Assembly (NCBI GenBank): GCA_041740355.1
Contig: JBGSMD010000011.1
Location: 1 to 64,000 of the forward strand
DNA: 64,000 nucleotides
Direction: 5' to 3'
Source: Bdellovibrionota bacterium
Lineage (GTDB): Bacteria; Bdellovibrionota_C; UBA2361; CALJRW01
Position 1 is the stretch's first letter; each line of letters starts with the position of its first letter. A program made the position numbers and the translations under genes. Below, piece after piece: positions 28,703 to 37,079 of the stretch. A model generated the notes under the pieces. The model saw only the letters and a list, made by a program, of their open reading frames with translations, ran no database searches and had not been told where the DNA came from.

Positions 28703-28837
28703 ATGCTGGGCAGTCGCCGAAAGGCTTCCCCATTAAACTTGGGAAACTACTGTTAAAAGCTTGCGGGGATAGGTAGTGGTTTCTAGAGTGTTTAGGTGTT
28801 GCCTTTCTTAGCAACATTCAAAATTAATGCCCAGCAT
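28703..28837 (+). ncRNA. Putative structured RT-associated ncRNA (retron msr/msd-like or DRT-like topology)
   Basis: Closing stem ATGCTGGGCA (28703-28712)/TGCCCAGCAT (28828-28837); internal hairpins GCC-GAAA-GGC, TTCCC/GGGAA, GAAACTACT/AGTGGTTTC, TGTTGC/GCAACA; GC-enriched island upstream of an RT. Confidence 0.65.
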
Positions 28838-28940
28838 TTCCTTCAATCTGCATTATTCTATTAGTAGTGATTAAGTCTTGCCCTAGCAATAATTTTTCAC
28901 CTCAACCAGATGAGGACTGAAGGACTTCAAGGATCATTAG

Positions 28941-29084
28941 ATAGAACGTCCAAAAAGTAAATTATGGAAGAAAATTACTTTTTGTGACTTTATATTCCCC
29001 AGAAAGGAAACCCCATATTTTATTACAAAAAACAAGTTGCCCTATTTTATTGTTAAGTAATCTATTTTTTGGAATAACAATATA
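28941..29084. repeat. Dispersed hairpin repeat, copy 2 (in the RT leader)
   Basis: ATAGAACGTCCAAAAAGTAA...TTACTTTTTG...TTTTTTGGAATAACAATATA; both ends match the 42061 copy. Confidence 0.75.
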
Positions 29085-29113
29085 TTGTTGAACTAGTTAA
29101 CACTTACTATGCT
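29085..29113 (+). promoter_or_regulatory. Possible promoter directly upstream of the RT
   Basis: TTGTTG-N17-TATGCT ending 9 nt before the ATG; no Shine-Dalgarno. Confidence 0.35.
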
Positions 29114-29122
29114 ATTGCTCAG

Positions 29123-30397
29123 ATGAATTTTTATCAACAATTACTATCCCCAGAAACCTATCAGAGTATTTTTAGGGAGTTAGAGAAAAAATCAAAAAAT
29201 GATTTTTTGCTACTTAACAAGGCACCTATCTATAAAAATTTAACTTTACGGTGGTGTCTTAACAATCAAAATAAACTGATTAAATATTTTCAGGAACAAG
29301 TTCGAAAGCAGACTTATGCGCCACAGCTTCGTCATCAAAATATCATTTCAGTGGATAAAGAGAGAACAGTCTATAGTATCAATTGGGTAGATAAAATTTT
29401 CGAACAGGCCTTAAGTAGGTTATTATTTAAACATGCTAGTGGTAATTTTAGTAGCTCACTCTATTCTCATCGCCCGGGATTTTCTAACAGACTAGCTCTG
29501 ACTAATTTAGCAAGCTATTTCAAAGCCAATTTAACCAGAAGGCATTTTATTATCAAGAAAGATATTAAAAGCTATACAGATACAATTAATCCAGAACTAT
29601 TTGTTCAACAATTTGCCCAGCAATGCCCCAATCAACACCCATATTTTTGGACAGTTTTACGATCCTTTATTTCTCCGGATTATTTAACGCTTCATACGAA
29701 ACAGCCCGCGGCACTATCCTTAGGGGCACCAACTGGTTCAAGTCTGACTAATTTTATCGCAAATTTTTATTTGCAGGATTTAGATTTTCAGCTTGCTGAG
29801 AAAGTGGATTTTTATATTAGGTTTGGAGATGATTTCTTCTTAACAACTCAAAATTTGGATTCTATTTTGGAATCTGAAAAACTTTTATCTCAAACTATTA
29901 ATGAGCGTGGGTTAAATTTTAATACCAAAAAGACACAACGCATCATTTTCAATGCGGAAGAGGAGGTGGAAGGCTTTACCCCCAAACATACATTAGAATA
30001 TTTGGGATATAAACTAAGTCACAAGGGCAGTATATTTCTTGATAGCTCTAAAGAAATAAAATTAAAACGTAACTTGCAGTTTTTAATTCGTAAGGGGATA
30101 GCTAGTAAAAAAACCTTACCAAAAGAACAATTATTGATACAGACCATTCAGCAGGTTAATTTCATCATTAAAAATTACCAGATCAGTAATTATCTAGGTG
30201 ATTTGATCTTTTTTTGTGATGATTCGCTAAGAATTAAACGATTAGATGCTTGGCTTGCTTCTACGATCCTAGCTTTTGTATTTAGAACTAATAAGAAAAA
30301 TGCCTTTGTCCGGTGTAATTTTAAAGAAACACGTAGCAAAGGACTATTATCTTTGCAATATTTCAAACATTTAAAATTTCGCGGACATGAATTTTAA
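29123..30397 (+). CDS. Reverse transcriptase, group-II-like/unclassified, stand-alone
   Basis: RT motifs in order: KERTVYSINWVDKIFEQAL, LYSHRPG, KKDIKSYTDTI, GAPTGSSLTNFIANFYLQDLD, YIRFGDDF, NTKKT, LEYLGY; short thumb-like C-terminus, no endonuclease domain. Confidence 0.93.
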   Translation: MNFYQQLLSPETYQSIFRELEKKSKNDFLLLNKAPIYKNLTLRWCLNNQNKLIKYFQEQVRKQTYAPQLRHQNIISVDKERTVYSINWVDKIFEQALSRLLFKHASGNFSSSLYSHRPGFSNRLALTNLASYFKANLTRRHFIIKKDIKSYTDTINPELFVQQFAQQCPNQHPYFWTVLRSFISPDYLTLHTKQPAALSLGAPTGSSLTNFIANFYLQDLDFQLAEKVDFYIRFGDDFFLTTQNLDSILESEKLLSQTINERGLNFNTKKTQRIIFNAEEEVEGFTPKHTLEYLGYKLSHKGSIFLDSSKEIKLKRNLQFLIRKGIASKKTLPKEQLLIQTIQQVNFIIKNYQISNYLGDLIFFCDDSLRIKRLDAWLASTILAFVFRTNKKNAFVRCNFKETRSKGLLSLQYFKHLKFRGHEF

Positions 30398-32600
30398 GAG
30401 TCTACTTAAATCAAGCGAACGTGATCGAGAACGCGGAAAGCAACTTCAAAACTTAATTACGGGCCAAGATCTCAAATCTTATTTGCAATACTTATTATAT
30501 CGTATTCGGTTTCCAATTATGGGAAAGCTTCTTTTCAGATTTATTACAATCTTTGAATTAGCCTTAATTTTTCAATTATTTTCATTTACTACTTTCACAG
30601 ACTTGTCGTTATTCCTATTCGTTTATTTTCTTAGCAGGCAAATTTTAAAGAATATATACAATTATTCACGCGTTCAAATAAGCAATTTGCTAAAGCGTAA
30701 TAAATTATATGCAGCGCAGCAAAAGTTCAAATCATTAATCTTCTTAATAATATTTTGCTCTGTTGTTTATGCAGCAATGGCAGCCTTGGTTATTTCATTG
30801 CTAGCAGCAACAAATGACCTTAATTTTTATTATACCTTGATTCTTGTAATTCTTTTGCCTTTGGAGCTGATCTCCGGTCTACTTTGGAGTATCGTCTATT
30901 TAGAAAGTCGATTACCAAGAAAATTTACTCTTCTTTTGGGATTAAGATTAATACCTATCCTCACGATGGTTTTAACTTATCAATTAGGCCCAATCCTTTA
31001 TTTGTCGGCAGTACTATTAAGTAGAAGTCTAGAAAAAATTTATTTATTACAGGTTGCTTGGAAATTTCTCAAAAAACAGGGATTTTGGGAGTCCTATGGT
31101 CAAGTTAAGGTAAAGTATCAAATTCGCTTATCAAAATTAGCTATTAAATATTTTATTGTTAGTTCGGTACGACCTTTCTATTATTTGCTTACGGGGATTA
31201 TTGTTTTTAGTAGTGGGGAACAAAATTGGACAATCTATTTAACCTATTATTTTCTGCTGAACTTCAATCTTTTTTTCCTAACTCAACCAAGCAGATCACT
31301 GGGTTTTGACTATTTTAAATTTATCCAGACTGGTCAGGAAAAATTAGCAGCTCGCCTAGCCGCGAGATTAATGACAATCACATTTTTTTGTTCATTACTT
31401 CTTATCTTGGCTTCTTATTTAGTCTTTGTTAACTCACCATATTTGAGTTTAATACTTCCTAGTTCAGTAGCTGAATATTTCCTCTATTTTTTAGCAGCTT
31501 TAGTTTTACAATCAAGATATCAAGTAATTTTTAATTTAGCTCAAATCATCGGCCAAGAAAAGTATTTCACTAAAGGTTTGCTTGCTATACAGCTAGGCTT
31601 AGCACTTAGTTCGAACTATATTTTTCTAATTTATTTCGATTATAATTTACAATCAGTTTTCTTAATAGAAGCAATAGCTTTTTTCATAGCAACTATTTAT
31701 TTATCCCACAAATTTAAGCCAATACTCAGCCCCATTTTTCATGAGCAAGTAAGAAATCAGATTACAATGGCACCGCTACTTGCAAATAGTAACTTTGAGT
31801 TGTTAGTCAAAGGCTTAGTCCTCTCCGAACGTCCTTATAATTTTTATTTAGTTGTGTTCTCGGAGCAATTTATTCCTGAAGATTTAATCAAGAGATTCTC
31901 ACTTCAAAAAACATTTTATAAAAGATTTTTAGCTAATTCATATTTATTTATAGTTGCGGAAGATCAACCACTCCCTGATTTAATGATCCCATATCTTAAA
32001 TTCATGTATAAGATTGATTTAGATAGTAATACTGAGCACCTGATTGATGAAATATATCAACTATTTCATAAATATGAATTTTATAAGCCAGCGAATCACC
32101 GAAGATTTTTAAAATTAAGTAGCAAACCAGAGGAGGAAGAACTTCAAAGATTTTATGGATTAAAGAATCCTACTGCAATAATATCTAACAATCGCTGCAA
32201 GTATTTAATCAATGATTCGAAAAAATGGTTTGAGAAATATCATTTATATTACTTAAGGGGGAGTCACACAAAACAAGTCATTAGTAGTGAACTTAAGGGT
32301 GGTTTAGTTTGGAAAAGTTCCGATTGCTGGAAAATTTTTAATTTAAATCAATATAATCCTGCAGAACAAGATCAGCTAAGAAATACTGCTAATTATCTTC
32401 ACTTAAAAGATTACATTAACTCTTTAAAAAGCTCCGAGATAATAATAAAGTTAACAATGTTAGAATATTTAAGTTTTATTAAAAGTTTTAGAGATATTCT
32501 TCCCTTAATTGTGACAAAGAAATCTAATGGCAGAGAATTTGCTGTAGCTTCGGATCCAAGCTCCCCACGTTATTTATCAATTAAGAAGGTGATTTGTTAA
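30387..32600 (+). CDS. RT-coupled multipass membrane protein (~12 TM, MATE/MOP-flippase-like layout) with soluble C-terminal domain
   Basis: 737 aa; hydrophobic segments over aa ~45-440 in two similar halves, then ~290-aa soluble tail; start overlaps the RT stop by 11 nt; the flippase fold is inference. Confidence 0.6.
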   Translation: MNFKSLLKSSERDRERGKQLQNLITGQDLKSYLQYLLYRIRFPIMGKLLFRFITIFELALIFQLFSFTTFTDLSLFLFVYFLSRQILKNIYNYSRVQISNLLKRNKLYAAQQKFKSLIFLIIFCSVVYAAMAALVISLLAATNDLNFYYTLILVILLPLELISGLLWSIVYLESRLPRKFTLLLGLRLIPILTMVLTYQLGPILYLSAVLLSRSLEKIYLLQVAWKFLKKQGFWESYGQVKVKYQIRLSKLAIKYFIVSSVRPFYYLLTGIIVFSSGEQNWTIYLTYYFLLNFNLFFLTQPSRSLGFDYFKFIQTGQEKLAARLAARLMTITFFCSLLLILASYLVFVNSPYLSLILPSSVAEYFLYFLAALVLQSRYQVIFNLAQIIGQEKYFTKGLLAIQLGLALSSNYIFLIYFDYNLQSVFLIEAIAFFIATIYLSHKFKPILSPIFHEQVRNQITMAPLLANSNFELLVKGLVLSERPYNFYLVVFSEQFIPEDLIKRFSLQKTFYKRFLANSYLFIVAEDQPLPDLMIPYLKFMYKIDLDSNTEHLIDEIYQLFHKYEFYKPANHRRFLKLSSKPEEEELQRFYGLKNPTAIISNNRCKYLINDSKKWFEKYHLYYLRGSHTKQVISSELKGGLVWKSSDCWKIFNLNQYNPAEQDQLRNTANYLHLKDYINSLKSSEIIIKLTMLEYLSFIKSFRDILPLIVTKKSNGREFAVASDPSSPRYLSIKKVIC

Positions 32601-32656
32601 AAATATTTTTATTCTAAATTAATTCATGCGTCACTTTTAAAAAATTACTGTTTTTA

Positions 32657-34381
32657 ATGCCTTACATACTATTATTCTTTTTTATTCTGCTCTTTAATCA
32701 GCAATTTTTGTTAGCCGAAAATAAGCCAATGGTTTCCATCTCGGCTAAGGATTTACAATTTAAATGCTCAGGAACCAATAGCGATCAAATCTTGATTATT
32801 ACTAAGCAAAATAAACGAATCGTTAAGTTTCCATATTTTTTTAGTACGCGATTAATTAACAAAAGTCTTGTTTGTCAAAAATTTGAAGAATATCTTAAAG
32901 CAACAAACTGGGATTTTGATATGCAACTAGAGGAGGTAATTGACCCCAACGGTGAAAAAGTTTTTCAGGACATAACTAACAATCTGCTGAGTAAGTGTTT
33001 AGAAGCAGGGTTGTGCTATCGCACGTTCTTAGACCTTCCATTGATAAATCCTAATCTTTTGAATTGTCATGAAAATCTAACTTTTGCAAGATTACTAGAG
33101 AAAGCTAAGCCAAAACAAAAAATCAAAAGTATTAAAACAATTCATGATTTACAAATTAAAGCCCATCCTGAATTTCCACTTAGTAATATTACGTTAGAAT
33201 ACCTTAACGATCGAACAGTTAACGACCTATATTTATCAACTATGTCTCTTGGGAATTTCTCCTTAACACAATTTATTAATGCTGCCCGAAATGGAAATAA
33301 TAAAAATATTTATTTTAACTATGATCTGGGCATTGTTTTACCAGAGTTACAAACTAGGGCCCTATTGTTTTCAACTAATCAAATTGAAAGATTTTTTCAA
33401 ATCCCCAATTTTGGTGGGCAAGATTTTGAAATGGCTTATCATTTGAAGTTTATTGCATCCCCGCAAAAAAATACTAGTATTCTTTCCAGTATGAACTTTG
33501 CCTCATCAGCTAAAACTAATTACATTGATTTTAGCTATGCCTTCGAAGATTTAGGGATTCGCGATGAACTAATCTCACTGTCTGAACGGAATCAACAACG
33601 CTTCTGTGCCTCAAAAGAAGATTACACCTGTTTGTCAAACTTAATTGTCGATTCGCAGGAGTCTCAACATAAAGCCCTGAAAGAAATTTATCGTAAGTCA
33701 TGTCAAGTATTGCCAGCTTCCCACTATAAATCATCGGGATATCTTTTCCTTTCCGAGTTAGGAAATAGTGAAGACTTTATTATTGATAAAATTAATCAAG
33801 CAAAGTTTGAGTTGGTTTTACTCGTTTCTCAAATTACTAATAAAAATATCTATCAGGCCTTAAAACTTGCTCAGGATCGTGGCGTAAAAGTTTATCTTAG
33901 TTCGGCTAATTATTCAGGTCAGTTTAACTCCACCTTTGATTTTTATTATCCCAATGTAAATTCTAAGGATACTTGGACATTAATTCCCCACATGAAAGTA
34001 ATGGTAATAGATCGCAAATTAATGGTCTTTGGAACGGGAAACTTTTCAATTAATGGATTGCGACATAATAGTGAAGTATTTGCTCAGACTGATAATCCCG
34101 ATGCGATAAAGACTGTCTATGACTATTTAGCGGTCTTTGCCCAAAATGCTAATCCAAGCCTGGCGAGAGCAGTATCTCCCGAACATAAAAAGTTAAATTA
34201 TTTAGTTTGGGGAAATGTAACGGATCCAGAGATGCATGGGACAGAGAAGTTTACTGAATCTCATTTGCAAAACTATCGTCGCTTTAATCAAACGGGTATC
34301 CAGTATATCGAAAAGTGCCGTTTAAACCACTTATTATTTATTTCTAAAAGAAATTATAAGGCTTGTTTGTCTCAAAACTAA
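32657..34381 (+). CDS. Exported phospholipase D-superfamily protein (two HKD-type motifs)
   Basis: Signal peptide; HLKFIASP..SSMN (H262, degenerate) and HMKVMVID-x6-GTGN..NSE (H445, canonical). Confidence 0.85.
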   Translation: MPYILLFFFILLFNQQFLLAENKPMVSISAKDLQFKCSGTNSDQILIITKQNKRIVKFPYFFSTRLINKSLVCQKFEEYLKATNWDFDMQLEEVIDPNGEKVFQDITNNLLSKCLEAGLCYRTFLDLPLINPNLLNCHENLTFARLLEKAKPKQKIKSIKTIHDLQIKAHPEFPLSNITLEYLNDRTVNDLYLSTMSLGNFSLTQFINAARNGNNKNIYFNYDLGIVLPELQTRALLFSTNQIERFFQIPNFGGQDFEMAYHLKFIASPQKNTSILSSMNFASSAKTNYIDFSYAFEDLGIRDELISLSERNQQRFCASKEDYTCLSNLIVDSQESQHKALKEIYRKSCQVLPASHYKSSGYLFLSELGNSEDFIIDKINQAKFELVLLVSQITNKNIYQALKLAQDRGVKVYLSSANYSGQFNSTFDFYYPNVNSKDTWTLIPHMKVMVIDRKLMVFGTGNFSINGLRHNSEVFAQTDNPDAIKTVYDYLAVFAQNANPSLARAVSPEHKKLNYLVWGNVTDPEMHGTEKFTESHLQNYRRFNQTGIQYIEKCRLNHLLFISKRNYKACLSQN

Positions 34382-34674
34382 AATTTATTTGTTTTAAAAA
34401 TGCAAATCATCTTGTTGTGAAACGATTTTAGTTCGACAAGTATTAGGATAAATAATTTATCAAATGGAGTAAAACACAAGGAAGGTATATTAAAAAGTTT
34501 TGGCTGTTAGTATCTGTATAAGATTTATCAAAACAAATTCGTTTTTCCAGTTCTTATTGTTAATATAGAATTTAACGCTTAGGGCCTAGCGATTAATCAA
34601 CAAGTTCTTAGTGAGTTTTCGTCGATGTCTAAGATTATCTTTAGTAGTTATTAGATTTATGCTATTTTTAAATT

Positions 34675-35559
34675 ATGCTATCAGAAGTACAACGATTCCA
34701 AAATCTCCCTCAATTTAGTCACGAACCACTAGAAGTGAATCTGATTCGACATGGATTATCAGCGGGTAATCTTTTTAAACAGCTGCTCAACACAGGTAAG
34801 CTTCCTCCTGAGAAAGCAGCAAAGTTAATGGACCTGATTAGGATCGATTGGGATATTCCTTTAGTCCGTAAAGGTCACGAGCAAGCTAAGCAATTAGGAT
34901 TAAAACTTAAAGCGGATCCCTTCTTTGATCCAAAATCCATTGATGTGGTAGTTGTCGCCAACTGTCGCCGAGCACGAGAAACTGCTTATGGGGTGATGGA
35001 TGCCGCCGGGATTGATCCTAAATTAATTATTGAACTTAATCCTAGGATTGGAGAGCGAGATTGGGGCGATCATCATTTACAAGACAAGGATTTAATTGCT
35101 CGTGCTGAGAAGCTAAGAATTGAGGATCCTTTTTGTTGGTCGCCACATGAGGGAGAAAAGATGCGCTACACAAGTGAACGAGTAAATCATGCTTTCACAA
35201 CTTTTAATCGACGTTTTGGTGGAAAACGTGTTTTAGGCTTTACCCATGGAGAGTTTATTGTTTCAGCTAAAGCCGAAATTAGTCGAATTTATGATCCGCT
35301 TGATTTTAGTGAGTTATTAAAACAGGGTATTCCTAACTGTGGGTTGCTACAAATTTCTAGACTTTCTCCAGAAGGAAAAGAATCAAATGGCTATACGCAT
35401 CTGAGACAATTTGCAGTGGAATCATCGGCGCGACAGGGGGATTGGTCTGGAAAGTGGCAAGAAATTATTCGTCCGAAGTATGATTTAAGTAATATTGTTG
35501 CACCACCGACAGATCGTTCGAAGGAAATTCTAGAATTACTAGGGGAATATTTACCCTAG
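34675..35559 (+). CDS. Histidine phosphatase (phosphoglycerate mutase-like) family protein
   Basis: LIRHGLS, RARETA, IGERDWG, GE, FTHG, IPNCG. Confidence 0.9.
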   Translation: MLSEVQRFQNLPQFSHEPLEVNLIRHGLSAGNLFKQLLNTGKLPPEKAAKLMDLIRIDWDIPLVRKGHEQAKQLGLKLKADPFFDPKSIDVVVVANCRRARETAYGVMDAAGIDPKLIIELNPRIGERDWGDHHLQDKDLIARAEKLRIEDPFCWSPHEGEKMRYTSERVNHAFTTFNRRFGGKRVLGFTHGEFIVSAKAEISRIYDPLDFSELLKQGIPNCGLLQISRLSPEGKESNGYTHLRQFAVESSARQGDWSGKWQEIIRPKYDLSNIVAPPTDRSKEILELLGEYLP

Positions 35560-35570
35560 AATCAACAGGA

Positions 35571-36839
35571 TTAGTGCCGAGCACCAGTATATCTTAAGGT
35601 TTCTACGCCACCATTATTTTGAGAGAGAACATTAGCATTTGTTCCATCAAACTGAATTTTCATAACCATACCTTGATCGTTGAAACTATCAGTGATCGTT
35701 ACAAATCCACTGGAATTCAAGAAGATAAAAAGCTTATTACCTTCAGGATTGATGTGTTGTTTAATAGCTGCTTGGCAGACCTGACATGGAAAACATCGCT
35801 GTTGATTAACTTCTGGATCAGGGTGCGCGTTATAACTTCCTGAAAAAAGGATCATGCCATCTATTAAGCCTTGAGGTTTCTTTTTAAGCATATCGCTCAT
35901 GGAAGCACGCTCACCACAAAATCCTTGTCCATTATTTCCATAATATAGATTAGTTCCAGCAAAAATTTTATTTTCACCCATAATTGCAGCTCCATAGGCA
36001 GTGCCACCAGAGGCAGAGCGGTGGTGTTTAGCAAATGCAGAAGCCAGGACGGCGGAATGATAAGCCGATCTTAAGCGTTTCTTTTCAAATGTTTCTCCAA
36101 AGTTATTTAATACAACGTCATAAAAAGCATCAAAGTCAACATTTGTTATTTGCTCAATCACACTTGGCGGAGTTACGCTTAGTAAATTTTTTAAAGATAA
36201 ACCTTCCTTGTGGAGTTTATCTTTAGGAAGAATGCTTTCTAACTTTCGCATAATATGTGAAGGTGAGGCTGGATCGGCTTGAAAGGATGGGTTTCTAGCA
36301 GTAAGAATATCCGTTGTACCAATTTGAATATTTCTTCCATGATCGATTAATTTGATATTATGAACTTCTTGATAAAATTCACACAGCATTAAGTCTTCAC
36401 CTCCTTCAATACAGTATCCATTTTGCGATAACGTAAGGACTGCTAATTTTTGTTTGTTTGAAGAGTTGTATGATCCGGACATATTGATTTCTCCAAATGC
36501 TGTCATACCAAGTGGTAAGTCAGCAGTGCCCATTCCGCGTTGCACGCGTACGCCAGCAGAGACCTGTCCATCATTGCTAATTAAACAAAGACCATATTTT
36601 AAATGATGAGGATCGAAGGCTTCTCCAAAACTTGTTTCTTTGGAATGAATACAGTTAAGGATAGCCTGACGAATTGCTTTTTCAGGTATTGGGTGACTAA
36701 AGACCTTTTGCAGTCGGGCTTGCAGTTGTTCCACTAGCTGGGGAGTAATTAATCCAGCACGCCCGTTAGATTTACTTCCTCCCGAGAATCTTTCACCTTC
36801 CAGTGGGGACATTAATGGAGGTCTTGGTATAAACAACAT
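35571..36839 (-). CDS. Cytidine-deaminase-fold protein with extended/duplicated N-terminus
   Basis: C-terminal YGAAI...FAGTN...CGERASM...FPCQVCQ zinc motif. Confidence 0.7.
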   Translation of the reverse strand: MLFIPRPPLMSPLEGERFSGGSKSNGRAGLITPQLVEQLQARLQKVFSHPIPEKAIRQAILNCIHSKETSFGEAFDPHHLKYGLCLISNDGQVSAGVRVQRGMGTADLPLGMTAFGEINMSGSYNSSNKQKLAVLTLSQNGYCIEGGEDLMLCEFYQEVHNIKLIDHGRNIQIGTTDILTARNPSFQADPASPSHIMRKLESILPKDKLHKEGLSLKNLLSVTPPSVIEQITNVDFDAFYDVVLNNFGETFEKKRLRSAYHSAVLASAFAKHHRSASGGTAYGAAIMGENKIFAGTNLYYGNNGQGFCGERASMSDMLKKKPQGLIDGMILFSGSYNAHPDPEVNQQRCFPCQVCQAAIKQHINPEGNKLFIFLNSSGFVTITDSFNDQGMVMKIQFDGTNANVLSQNNGGVETLRYTGARH

Positions 36840-36868
36840 ACTTTGCCAGTCTTTAAATTAAGACTGGA

Positions 36869-36896
36869 AGTATAAGCGATTGTGGTTCTTAGTCAA
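36869..36896 (-). promoter_or_regulatory. Putative sigma70 promoter of the deaminase-like gene
   Basis: TTGACT-N16-TATACT ~30 nt upstream of the ATG; adjacent 8-bp inverted repeat CCAGTCTT/AAGACTGG. Confidence 0.5.
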
Positions 36897-37079
36897 AAAA
36901 GACTTTATTTAAGTAATTGATTTCTAAACTAGTTTATTCAGAGACAAGAACGGCTTTAATATTTGCTACGAGGCTTGTCTGCCCAACATAAATTTAAGAT
37001 TTGAAAATGAAAAAGAATGATTTTTCAAAAACAATATACTAAAATTGTTCTCGAACTTCTCGATATTTTTAAGAAAAAA

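Noticed and set aside
28895-28935. Hammerhead ribozyme (CAGATGAG with flanking small hairpins)
   Set aside because: The core reads CAGATGA rather than CTGATGA and no correctly placed GAAA follows stem II; only two small hairpins are supported.
29123-30397. Canonical retron RT
   Set aside because: It lacks NAxxH and VTG signatures and has group-II-like motifs; only the RNA topology is retron-like.
28703-30500. Group II intron encoding the RT
   Set aside because: No domain V/VI-like sequence follows the ORF, the RT stop overlaps the next gene, and the upstream structured region is far too short for domains I-III.
29123-34381. Diversity-generating retroelement
   Set aside because: No avd-like small ORF, no DGR-type SQ motif, and I found no TR/VR pair differing at adenines.
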